A stretch of 64,000 nucleotides of DNA from Bugula neritina (Eukaryota; Animalia; Bryozoa), in assembly GCA_964035545.1 (NCBI GenBank), contig OZ037765.1:10736698-10800697 (forward strand), given 5' to 3'. The notes below the pieces were generated by a model. That model did no database searches. It worked only from the letters and a program-made list of their open reading frames with translations, and was not told where the DNA came from. Within the stretch, counting starts at the first letter, position 1. The number at the start of each line of letters is the position of its first letter. Both the position numbers and the translations under genes were made by a program. Of the stretch, positions 24,801-36,600 are shown one piece after another.

Positions 24801-25894
24801 AAAGTATAAGCATAGGAGGAAATTGCTAATGCAAGTTTACTTACATGATTAAAGCCAGCAGTTTCAATGTGTACCCCTCCAGTTTTTATTTCTTTTATTT
24901 TGTGTATGTAAGAAGTTGCCATGGATGACAGATTCCCATCCTCAGGCTTGTAAAAAGGGGCAATCATGTTGCTCTCAGTTTTTCTATGTCACAACCATTC
25001 ACTAGATAATATTTATAAAAGAGTTATGTGTACAGATTATCAATGTTCAATAATTTCACACATTTCTTACATTCACAATAAAACACTATAATGCTATAGT
25101 CTACATAGTCACTTTCTATCTCTTCATTATAATATTGGCTTAAAACTGACTTTCACAAGCATAATGAGCACTATAAGCTAATAATTTACTGCCTTAAAAC
25201 AAAAACACATAAAATCAAACACCAAAGCTGGTCACTTGCATTAGGTTATAGTTTTTATTGCTCTGTTTCCACCAATCACCATAGTGTTACAAGGAGGTTT
25301 TACAAATCACAAATGAAATTGCCATATATATGTTTTGTATTTTAAATATTATACTCAAAAACTTCTAGTGTAAGCGTGAACTTAGTTTTACTAAAAATAT
25401 TTTTGCTCATAATGTGCTTTGTGTCATTATAAAAATCGGAAGTATAGTGATCATTTAAGTAATTATTAGCAGTAGTCAAGTATAACAAAAACCTGGTGTT
25501 CTAGTAATTTAACAAACACCTTAAAAATTATTTAACTTTTTAAAAACTGTTTGGTATTCCATTATAAGAAAATAAAGCATAGCAGCTATTACATAGAAAA
25601 AGTTGAAACAGTATGTGATAGAGCTTTTTATTACTTTGTGAAAGTAGATTTGTGAAAAAGTGTGAAGGCGGAAGAGACTGAGAACAAGTAAGCATAAAAC
25701 ACTAACATTACTATATATGCAAACCAAAACCATATTTTTTAAAACCACTATTATTGATACCCTAAAGTTTAAACCTATATTTATTACACTTTAGTTTAAG
25801 ACAAATATGTATGCAGTTCAGAAATATTTGCTCCTTTGGCACAATAGGGAGAAAGTCCTTGGCTAGCTTACAAAATTTCATCAGGGGTTGTCAT
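15864..25894 (-). CDS. Divergent intermediate-filament-like protein: coiled-coil rod plus LMNTD1/IFLTD1-type lamin tail domain, ~715 aa, 13 coding exons
   Basis: In-phase exons: 25872-25894, 24845-24983, 24478-24638, 23794-23988, 22804-22915, 22070-22246, 21214-21339, 19948-20162, 19632-19846, 18057-18246, 17413-17491, 16724-16954, 15864-16148. The tail domain reads SSLGSLTIHEVSPDGRYAILYNSS..IELGKYSIRQNVSG..FTFP..ITVFS..HQPPNQFV..WGTGPECTTVLCNSKGKAVAW. The exact 3' end is uncertain. Confidence 0.8.
17181..17271. repeat. 13-bp minisatellite (ATATGCAATACAC) x7 between CA-rich and TG-rich tracts
   Basis: Seven exact copies counted. Explains the repetitive ORFs at 17095-17400. Confidence 0.95.
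21520..21790. repeat. Degenerate pentamer repeat (TACAC/TGCAC-type)
   Basis: tacac/tgcac/tacat units in 5-nt phase. Confidence 0.85.
24200..24470. repeat. Degenerate pentamer repeat (ATACT/ATGCT-type)
   Basis: atact/atgct/gtgct units in 5-nt phase, running up to the donor at 24477. Confidence 0.85.
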
Positions 25895-27435
25895 GGGGAT
25901 GGTGACTATAAACCAACGTCATTTCTTTAAAGTAGGCATTATTATTTTTAATGCCAAATTAGGCATTATTATATTATACTAGTTAGTATTATGTTAATTT
26001 TGTATATACTATGAAACCTATTTGAACAGCAATTTAAAAAATCACATAAGTGCCATTAAGGTCATTGAGGTTTTTAAAAATGTGGTTATTTGACATCTTT
26101 TTGTACTTGTACAATAGAAAATCTTTTTCTTTGCATTTTTTAAATGTTTGAATACAAAATACGCCACAAAGCAAAGTCACAAACATGAAAGCCATACATA
26201 TAGAGAAACAGTTATAATATGTCTACTTGAAATGTTGATTTGAGCAAAAGATAAAAAATAATTATGAATTCAAAATATTATGTTTACAAATTAGTTAAAA
26301 AATTTATTTACTAAAATTGATTTCAGTTATTTTTAAAAGAAATTTGATTCAAAATGCTCCTAGGTAGTTTTTTGTATAAGATTATTCAGGTTTGTAATGC
26401 CAATTGTCTTACAACATTTATCACTCCAATTTTTTCTATATTTTTTTTAGCACACAATTCTTGCAATGTTTGTGAAAAAGCTTGAAACAATATTTATTAA
26501 TAATTGTCATACAATAAACTATGTCATTACATTTGATGAAATATGGTGGGCAAAAAACATTACATTTTGAATAAAAATGTAGGATGTAGTTTTTATTAAA
26601 TTTAACTATAATCTTTAATATTTTTACTCATATTAGTTTCCTTATTTAATACCATATTTTTCACTTTCAAAAGTTTGCTGGTAAAACAGTCATTGATGTC
26701 ATAATAGAGTGAACAAAAGTTTCACTTCAACTTGGATATCTTCCAGATATATTGTACATTACTTAAAAGTATCAGTTAATGTTAGTATTACTGCTGTAAT
26801 AGGCTAGTTGTAGAAAAGCCTTACTTAGTTTGCAATAAGTTTCTGGTTTAAATTTTGTTAATAGAAAAAACTATTAGAAATTCACACAATATTATGGTGC
26901 CAAATGCCAACATATTTAAATGAACAATAAAACATCTATAGAAATTCTTTTAAGACAAACTAATATTATATAAAATTTTAATGGTTTTAATATAAATTTA
27001 CACACTTGCAGTTGCAAAACAGTCACATACTTAAATAATCAAATTGAAATTGACTAATTGTGATTGTCTTATAAAAACTTCAACGCTACTCAACAAAATT
27101 TTCACTACTATTGTAGTTTAAATAAATATTATTATGGTTCCAAAGTTAATATTTATTTTGACTTTTTATAATTTGATCATATTCATAATCATAAGAATTA
27201 ATCATATTCATTGGGTTTAAGTTGCACTTGTACTTGTTGCAAATCCAAAAGTAAAAGCAGTTTATTGTATAATAATATTCAATGCTGCCGAAAAAATAGC
27301 TAAATTTGTTAGGAAGCATAAATACTTTCACAATTATATGTTTAAATACTTACCAAAAATTTTTTCAGCAAAACAAATCAGAAATGCACAAATCACGACC
27401 AAATTAACTGGGCACAAAAGCCCTTTTGTTAAGTA

Positions 27436-27448
27436 GTTGCCCGGCAAC
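27436..27448. promoter_or_regulatory. RFX X-box in the bidirectional promoter of the IF-like gene and ZNF236
   Basis: GTTGCCCGGCAAC is a palindromic match to GTNRCC(N0-3)RGYAAC. It lies between a candidate minus-strand non-coding exon donor (~27352) and the ZNF236 ATG (27626). Confidence 0.7.
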
Positions 27449-27625
27449 AGTCGGTGCTATAGAGTATAGTGCGAAATTAGTGCGGAAATAATAGCAAAGA
27501 CTGAAAGAACAAACTGCAAATGGGCTCGCTCATGTTAACTTTGCGAAGAAGACAGGATTGATAACTTACTCTTAACCGCCATGTTAATTCTCAGTATCAA
27601 GTGAGACAGAAGAAAACTTACAAAT

Positions 27626-30600
27626 ATGAATGTATCTGCTATAGGGGATGGTTCAGATACATCATCTGGTAAGTACAGTTTTTATTTAGCATTTGAAACA
27701 ACAGTTGAAGAAAGTCGAAATTGCTGTTAAAAGCTTGCCATGTTCTTTGGAGATGAGTGCTACTTGGCGACATAATCTAAATAAATTAAAAGTTTGCCAC
27801 AGCAGGCGGAATAATACTTTTTTTTAGAAACTAAGGGAAATCCCTAATGTCTACGATCACGCATTTTAAGTTGAAGTTATTTAGATGGTTACAAATTTTT
27901 AAATAATGAAAATTATAATCGTACTACTAGCAGATTCAAATAAAAAATTAAATTACAATAATTTAATTATTATTCAGTATTCACTTGACTTTGTCGTTGA
28001 CTTTAGTGATAGTCAGTAAATCAAAATGTAATTTAGTCTTTAGGTTTCACTTTCAGTTTGTTAACATTAGAATTAATGTCATTATTTAATTTTATTATAT
28101 TTACATGATTATTAATTAGTATTCATTTATTATTATTAGCATAATGATAATGATAATCCCGCCATAATCATTGAATTTGATAGTGACTATCAATATCATA
28201 ATGATAATCATAATGACAAAAAGAATTTAATTTTGTTGGCATAATAAAATTAAAAATAAATATATTCAGTTATTATAGTAATTAAATTGAATAATATTAA
28301 TTATAATTATTTAATAATAATATTATTAATTGTGGTTATAATAAACAATTATAATAAGTAATAACTATGAGTATCAGTATGTCTATAGGTTTAAGTTTGC
28401 GTATCGGCATAAGCTAAAAGTGAACTACAAGTACAGTTGAGTTCAAGTAGTAGTACATAATAATAATAATTCAGGCATAGGGTAATCTAACTTTTTCAAT
28501 ATAATTATATTTATCACTTTTTTCACGATTTTAATTTATTTTACTTTCTACATCTAAGTGAATGTCGTGCAGTCAGTCTATAAGTACAACTTCAACTCAT
28601 AACTGCAAGTATATGTGTAGGCACATGTCGCTGTCAGTATTGCATTTAACTTAGAGTGTTGACTCCAGCTCTAGTTGGAATCTGCCTCGCTTTCACTCTT
28701 GCTCTGATTCCAGTCCTAGACTTGCAATAATACTAATAGTTGATAGTAATACCTGTACTAATAGTAACTGTATAGCCTAGATTAGACTGAACGCTATATA
28801 AACATGACAATTCAGGCCTATCCGCATCTAAAAACCCTGTTACACTTTACAATAACTGTAAAACTATGATTATTGATTATGATTATGATGATTAATAATC
28901 AAAATTATCATGGGAACTTTCACTGTTAATTACAGTCGTTCTAAGCTTTACTTAGATTTGATCTAGAGGTAAATGCTCATATGGTTAACAAATTTGTGGT
29001 TTGAGTTTGATGAGAGTTTATGACTTTCAACTAAGTTGTTCAAGAATTAAGTATGATCTGATACAAATAGATCTAGTATGTAGGTATAACTGTATTATAT
29101 TTATCACATCAATGGTTATTATAATCAAATCATATTTCGAGATTAGTTCATTAGTTGTTATTTTTGTCATCATTATCATGATTGGCTTATTGAATGCTAA
29201 ATAATTTTTATTTGTATATGTATTGCCTGTCTTTGCCTACATGGTGTTGACATAATTATAACACTAATAAAAGTTCAGTGCGTGATTTAATTGTTAGCTT
29301 TGTATCTGAATGTGCCATCAACTAGTTGAACTTTTCTAAATTACATTTCTTCAGTTACAATCCTAATATTGTTCGTGTTCACAGTTCTATATGCCACTTT
29401 GGTTACTTTGGACGGTAGTCAAGATGGCACAGAGCAACATCAGTTGGTTTCAGTACCTGCACATAGTTTGAATCTCGCCAGCCTAGCTGAGTTGACTGGC
29501 CATGGCGCTATTCCTGTTACTGATTTACAAGTGAGTTTTTCTTACCAGTATAAATATTGCGTTATATTTAATTTTGCCTTTTAAAATAATTTTCCAAAGT
29601 GATACATTTTGGTTTAATGATGTAAATTAATTCGTGAGTTTAGTGAAAAATGGTAAATTTTTTCTCTTATGAGTTTTTAAAAATTATTTCAAAAATATCA
29701 TTTCTGTCTTCAGTTATTTGGCAGGTCTCTAGTGTTCTCCCGTTACTTTTATCACTCATTTTCACTCATTGCGGACATTTTTGCATTCATAAATTCAGTA
29801 TATTATTGTTACAGTCTGCAGGAATCACAGCGCAACAGCTGCAAGGTTTTCAAGTGTTCCAAACGGGAGCCGAGGAGTTTACTGTGGTAGATCCGTCTGA
29901 ATTGAATCATGTTAATGCATCTGAGAGTGCCGTCACTGTACAACCTCTGGCACCAGAGCGCCTTGAACCAGAGGAAAATATACAGCCACCAATTCCTAAG
30001 GTATAACTCATTATACAACTTTACTCAAATACATCCTAATCCGGAGAATATTAACCAATTCTAGTGCGTTTGTGTACTCTATTCTACTGAGTCAATGCTT
30101 TTATTACATATGCTCTTCAAGAATAATTGTTAGTGCAATATTCATAAAGTACAACTTGTTTTGTTTCAGGGACCATATGTATGTCAGCATTGTAATAGAA
30201 TATTTCCCAAATGGTCGCAGTTACAGCGCCATAATAAGCGACATGATGATGACCAGCCTTACAAGTGCACTCAGTGTGATGCTAGCTTCAATGTGCAACA
30301 GAATCTAATTCTCCATGAAGCTGTTCACAGGAGCCCCCGTAAGTAGCAGTGGGCATGCGAATTTTACAATTTGATTTTTATTTCCCACATTTTTTTGTAC
30401 TTAAACTGCCACCCATCCCGGATCATGGTGGACTATGTGAGAAAGAAAGGTGATAATTTTTTCTTACTTAGCTTTTAATTAAATCTAGATTCTTCTGTTT
30501 TTAAGTCCTCTTTTATGTACAGTATGATTTTCTCGCTATATCTGTTTCTTTGCCTGTAAATGTGTTGTTTTGACATGCAGCTGAATGTCCGGAGTGTGGT

Positions 30601-33600
30601 AGCACATTCTCTCGAGTAGCCAGTCTCAAGTCACACTTAAAGCTACATGAAAAAGATGAGAGTATTATATGTCCAGAGTGTGGTGACGAATTTGGTGTCA
30701 GGGTAAGTTGCAATCATCAGTTTCCTTTAATGAAATAACTACATTTGCCATACCAGACGTGCATGAGATTAAGCTCAACAATACTTCAGTTTTTCACAAA
30801 CCCTGTGTTATTTCTAGTTTTTGTAGATTTCTAAATTGGCTGATCCAATCTCAGATGGTCAAATTGTCTTTTTTCTTACTTGAACAGCCTTATAAACTAT
30901 CTTAATTTTTAGACATTTTAGACAAAAAATTATCCATACATATGTGTGTATGTTACTTTGTAATAGAGTCAGTTAGAGAGGCATATGAAGGAGCACAACA
31001 ATGATGAAGGGGGGTTGTTTGAGTGCCGCCACTGTCAATTAGAGTTTGGAAATATGATCCTACTTAAAGAGCACATGAAGAAACACGTGAAAGTTAGGTA
31101 AGCTATATCATGTTATATCAGTTGGTTGATTATACAACGTTTTTTGCTATTGATTGCTTTGTAACTGGTTTTGCTGATTTTTAGACACACTCCGTATAAA
31201 AAGTGTAAAGCCGGAAAAGACAAATATCGCCATAGTTACAAATGTGAGTTTTGCTTCAAAAAGTTTGAGAAACCAAGTCAACTTTCACGCCATCAAAGGA
31301 TCCACACAGGAGAACGACCTTTCGAGTGTCTGATTTGTCACAAGACATTCAATCAGAAAGGTGGTTTGCAATTGCACGCCAAAACGCACGAAGAAAACCG
31401 CCCATTCAAATGTGATCACTGTCCAATGAGATTCTCTCAGAAGGGAAACCTAAGAGCTCACATTGCAGTTAGTAGCCCTTAATGTTATAATGTGCAGTGT
31501 GGCTACAATCTTGCCAAATGAATACATTGCTCCTTTCGTATCTCACGAATCCTTTTCTCACAAAATTCCATAGGTCACGAGAAAGGCTATGTGTGTGTAT
31601 ATAGAGACACAATGGCCGAATTCAACCGATCCGTGAGTTAAATCTGGTATTCTGCCATGCCACAAATTGAGGTTTTGGGAGCCGTAGCTTAGTGAGATAT
31701 GGAGGGGGCACTGTATATACACTGTAATCTTGTGAAATTCCTTCTTATTCGCTTATTAGGGTTAAGCAAGATTGAGGTTTCACTGCAATAATTTTCTAAT
31801 TTGTTGAGAGTCTAAAAAATACTGCATTCTAAACAATATGTGACTTTTTCACTTCGAGGTTTTATGTTGAAGTAAATATATTTCTGGAACATATTCTTTG
31901 AATTTAAATGGTCATGGTTCATTTCTTTCAGCGGGCTCATGATAACGCAGACAACGCCTTCAAATGTACAGAGTGTTCCTGTTCGTTCAAGAAGCTGGGA
32001 GCTCTGAATGCTCATATCAGTCGCCTTCATACGACCTCCACCGATGCTTTGCAGGCCTCCGTTGCTATGAGCAGTAAGTTTCAATGCTGCAAAGCACCGA
32101 ATGGTTTGTTATTGAGAATTCATGTACTTGAAAGAATTATTTTTAAAGATGTCAAGCTTTTTCTCTGGTGAGAAATTACATGAAAACAATAAATACTTTC
32201 TGCTGCATATTCGCATGGAATTATTTGCTGATATGACAGGTGAGGCAAGTGGCAGTAAAGGTGTCGCGCAGACGAGTGCTATCGACAGCATAGTTCAGCA
32301 GATACTTGCAGGTGCCACAAGCGTAGATAAAATGGATGACATGAGCAAAGCCAATGAAATGATTGACAAAGCATTAGAGAGGGGAGACAAATTCTGTGAT
32401 GGAGATAATGAGGATCAACACAGGAGAAAAGACCTGAACAAAGTAAACTTACAGTTTACTTTTCTCTCCATCTGTTTATCTAATATACAAATCTTTCCTT
32501 TTTTGTCCTGCAGCTACTTAAATTGGAGCATTTTATTTGTAGAGTGTAATGGAAGCCATTGCTGCGGATAATAGTCTCAACACGGACATTCTATCCCAAG
32601 CCCTGGCCAATAGTGGACTGATAGCTACAGAGGAAACAGACGCTCAGCATTTGAAAGAGAAACTAGTTAATGCCGTGACTCAAGCTTTCAACAGTCTGGA
32701 AAGTGCCGAGGATACTGAGCATGGCACTAGAGTCATTCTGTCAGACTCGGCCTCAGGTCTCAAGAAAAGTCTCCATACAGTGAGGAAGGTAAGAGACTGA
32801 CTCGTAGTATAATGCAGTCTGTTTGTTAATGATTGCTTGAGAAAGTCAATACTGAAATTGCCAATATTATTTTTAAAAGCTGGTGGAGAATTAGCTGTTG
32901 GCCGATGATTGTTTTTTGAGTAAATTCAAAAACAGTGATTTTTGTTCTGGTGATGGTCTTGTATATTTCATGCGGTATTTATTCCTTAACTTGACGCTTC
33001 TTCATATCAACTTTAAATTTGCTGATTCTAATCTCTATTTTACATTTTTAAAACATGAATTTTCGGGGAAAAAGTATTCTTTAGATTCTATTTATTCTTT
33101 CTCACACATTGCACTTATTCACCCATACACATATTTTTATGTTGATTTTGTTCAGTATATAATGATTCTAAGATGGTTGTGAAAAAACTTAAAATTCTAT
33201 CCTTCTAGTATTATTTAGATAGCAGTACTGTATTGAGTTATATTATTTTATTCAAACTTGTATTTTAGTTTTGTATCCTTCATTGTAGGTTATAAAGTAT
33301 TTTCTACTGAGCATGTTTAGGTATTTGTTTAGCTCTTCTTCTATTATTGGCAGGTTGGAGGGGTGAGATGGCATCAGTGCCAATTCTGTACCAAGGAGTT
33401 CAAGAAACCCAGTGACTTGGTGCGTCATGTTAGAACTCACACTAGAGAGAAGCCCTACAAGTGTGACCAATGCTTTAGGTTAGAGTCACTCATTTTATAC
33501 TGAGTACTTGAATGTTGTGTATTTTTAGCCCATTTTCATTTTGCCAATGTGTGACACTATCCTGCCCTATCTAGAACCAGGGCTAAGCTTGATTGATTTT

Positions 33601-36600
33601 TACAAAGCCAATAACTTGTGTGCATCTTGGAAGGTGCATTTCATAATGGGTTGTAATAAACAGAATAGCACTACCGCCATTATTCATTGTGGGTGAAATT
33701 CTCAAATGGCAAGAAAATGATCATTTAGTTAATTGAGTAAAATGTCAATTTCAATTAAATTTTACATCACAGAGATGGTTACTAAGCCATTATCACTAAA
33801 CCGCAAGCAATTTGTTGGAAGTTTACTGCTCTTTTCATATAGATTTAATTATTTAACCCAGCTTTTAACCATTATAAAAGCTGCTGCATTAATGAAACAT
33901 AAAATGGACAAGATGCGCTCTGCTAATTTTGATTACTTCGTTGCAAATACTTGATGGTGTAACTCTTATGGCATACATTTTTAAGCGCATCAACTTTTTA
34001 AGAAAAATTTCAAAATGTGGTGTGTACTAAATAAAGTAAAATAACACACACAAAGCTGTGAAACGGGCCAAGACTGTAAACCATCAGCTAACTTTTGAAT
34101 GCATCTGTTTGCAGGTCGTTCACAGTGCGGAGCACCCTGAAGGCCCATGAAAGGACACACAGCGGTATAAAGAATTACAAGTGTGACATTTGTGAGAAAC
34201 TCTTCTCCACGCAAGGCAGTTTGAAGATTCATATGAGACTTCACACTGGTAAGCATGCAGTCACACTGACTACATAGTAATCTATTTAGTTGACGGCTAC
34301 ACTGCTGCTTTTCACCTACACTCGTTTATGAATAAATCGAGTTTAGATGTGTTTGAGAAGTCTTATCAGATTTCCGAATTGAATATATTCCATAAATTTC
34401 ATTTCTCTGCCCAGTTGAAAACAAGCTGATCATATATTTATTCATCCAGCAGAGATTTTTATTATCAGCTATTTCCCTACCAATTGAGCAATTGCAATAG
34501 TGCATGAAGGAGACCATAGCTATGCACATTGTTCAATAGTGATATAATGTATAGTTGTGATGTGCCCCTAGCTATATGTTTATGTCATGTTCTCTTATAT
34601 GTTGCTAAAACTTGAGAATTTTGGTTTATAACTAAATAGTATGTATTGCAGGGCTGTAATTTTTCTACTGTCTCTAGTATATATTTTACTTCTGACCCCG
34701 TGTATCGGTTTTGTGTCAGTGTCTGGGTGAATGATATACTTTAACTATTAGCCAACTTGGCAACAGGTTTTCAAGTTAATTTACTCTCAAATCGTACCCT
34801 GGAAAAATGGGAAAAATAGAAATTGCATAAGTAAGTAGTAACAATATAAATCAAAAGTCAAAGAAACCCCATGAAAACAGCACAGAACTAAACAAAATGA
34901 CATTAGCTATTATAATTCTAGTAAAACTTAAAATATTGATGCATAGATAAAATTCTTTGCCATCACAATGCCAAAACCGATGGTCTATTCTCACAAAGAG
35001 TGTAAATATTGGAGTCTAACTGTGTGCTCATATAATGTTACAAATGCTCCTCTCTGGCTGTTAGATTATAACACACTGACTTGTGCAGTGCAGTGAATTA
35101 TAGCACTAGCCCTGCCAGCTAATAATAGCTTTTGGTGAATGTGTTAAAGCAAGAAAGCTTTAATGATTGGTGGCATACCAATACACCCTGTGACTGCTGA
35201 GTTTTTTTGTTGTTGATGTTTTTGTTATTTTTGTAACTTTCTTGATTTTTTATTAATAAAATTAATTATTAAAAAATGATTATTTTTTTCTGATTCAACA
35301 TAGAATTCATTTTCTAGGATCAAAACCGTTTGCCTGCAACATATGTAACAAGTCATTCCGTACATCTGGCCATCTGAGAAGTCATGAGATGTCACACTAC
35401 AAGGTCACTGACAAATCTCGCTGCCGAGTCTTAGGAGGTCGTAGTAACAAGGAAGATGAGGTCGATACGTCTCACATCGAGCTCCAGGTGATTCTCCTTC
35501 CTCTTCGTATGAATCAGAGAGTTGGCCGTTCTGGTAGCTAAAGTATTTTAGTGCTGTGTATACTATTTATGGTGATGATTTGATAGAGTAAGCAACTCCT
35601 GCTCCTACCATAATTACACAATGTGTGTCTTAACACCTATTTGTAGTAACTTATGTGTGCTAATTCGATGTGAAATGTAATATTTAAACATTCAGATATT
35701 TTAGATTTATTAGATAATTTTGATTTTAGTCGCCGTGACTATTGTTGCATACTTTCTCACTAGTCTTGGTCTGTGTATGGCATGTGATATTCTCATTTAA
35801 CTAAAGTTATTGCATCACCATTCAGGAACCAATACTCATAACTGAAGCTGGGTACATACAAAGTCAGCCAAGAAGCAGTGCCAGATATCAACTTATGGGC
35901 GAGAACGCTAACGACCGGCCCCACAAGTGTGATTTCTGTCCACAGGCTTTCAAGAAGTCTAGTCATCTCAAACAACATATCCGCTCCCACACAGGTATTA
36001 ATTCAGTACCTCGTTAGTTCGTATATCCATCCAGGTTAGGAGCTGTATGGTGATGGCAGTGTATTGAAATCATTAAATTAAAGAAAATGACCAAGTAAAA
36101 GGAATTGGAAATTCTAATAATAGCTGCTGTGGTGTGTTTAAATGGCTGTAGATTTGTTGAAGTACAAAGTGAAGTTATAAAGTGCTGTTTGTTGGTCAGT
36201 TACTGGTAATATGTTTCTATAATCTGGTGAGAGGTGGTGTAATCTTTGAGAGAGATGCTTGTTTAGTCTGTAAATCCCACCTGGAGATGTTCCAACCATC
36301 AGCACTAAAACTCAGGTATTTGTATTTTTTTGTAGGGGAGAAGCCGTACCAGTGCAACCAGTGCTCTAGAAACTTTGTATCCAGCGGAGTGTTGAAGGCG
36401 CACATGAAGACACACATTGGACTGAAGAACTACAAGTGTATGATCTGTGACCAGGCGTTCACCACTAACGGCAGCATGAAGAGACACATGAGCATACACA
36501 GCGATGCCAGGCCCTTCATGTGCCCGTACTGCCAGAAGACGTTTAAGAGTATCGTCAACTGCAAGAAGCACATGAAGACGCACAAGTTAGTTTATTGTAC

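Noticed and set aside
15864-25894. Calling the IF-like gene the canonical nuclear lamin
   Set aside because: No CaaX end in the model, highly degenerate rod-end motifs, a long rod-to-tail linker and an LMNTD1-like tail.
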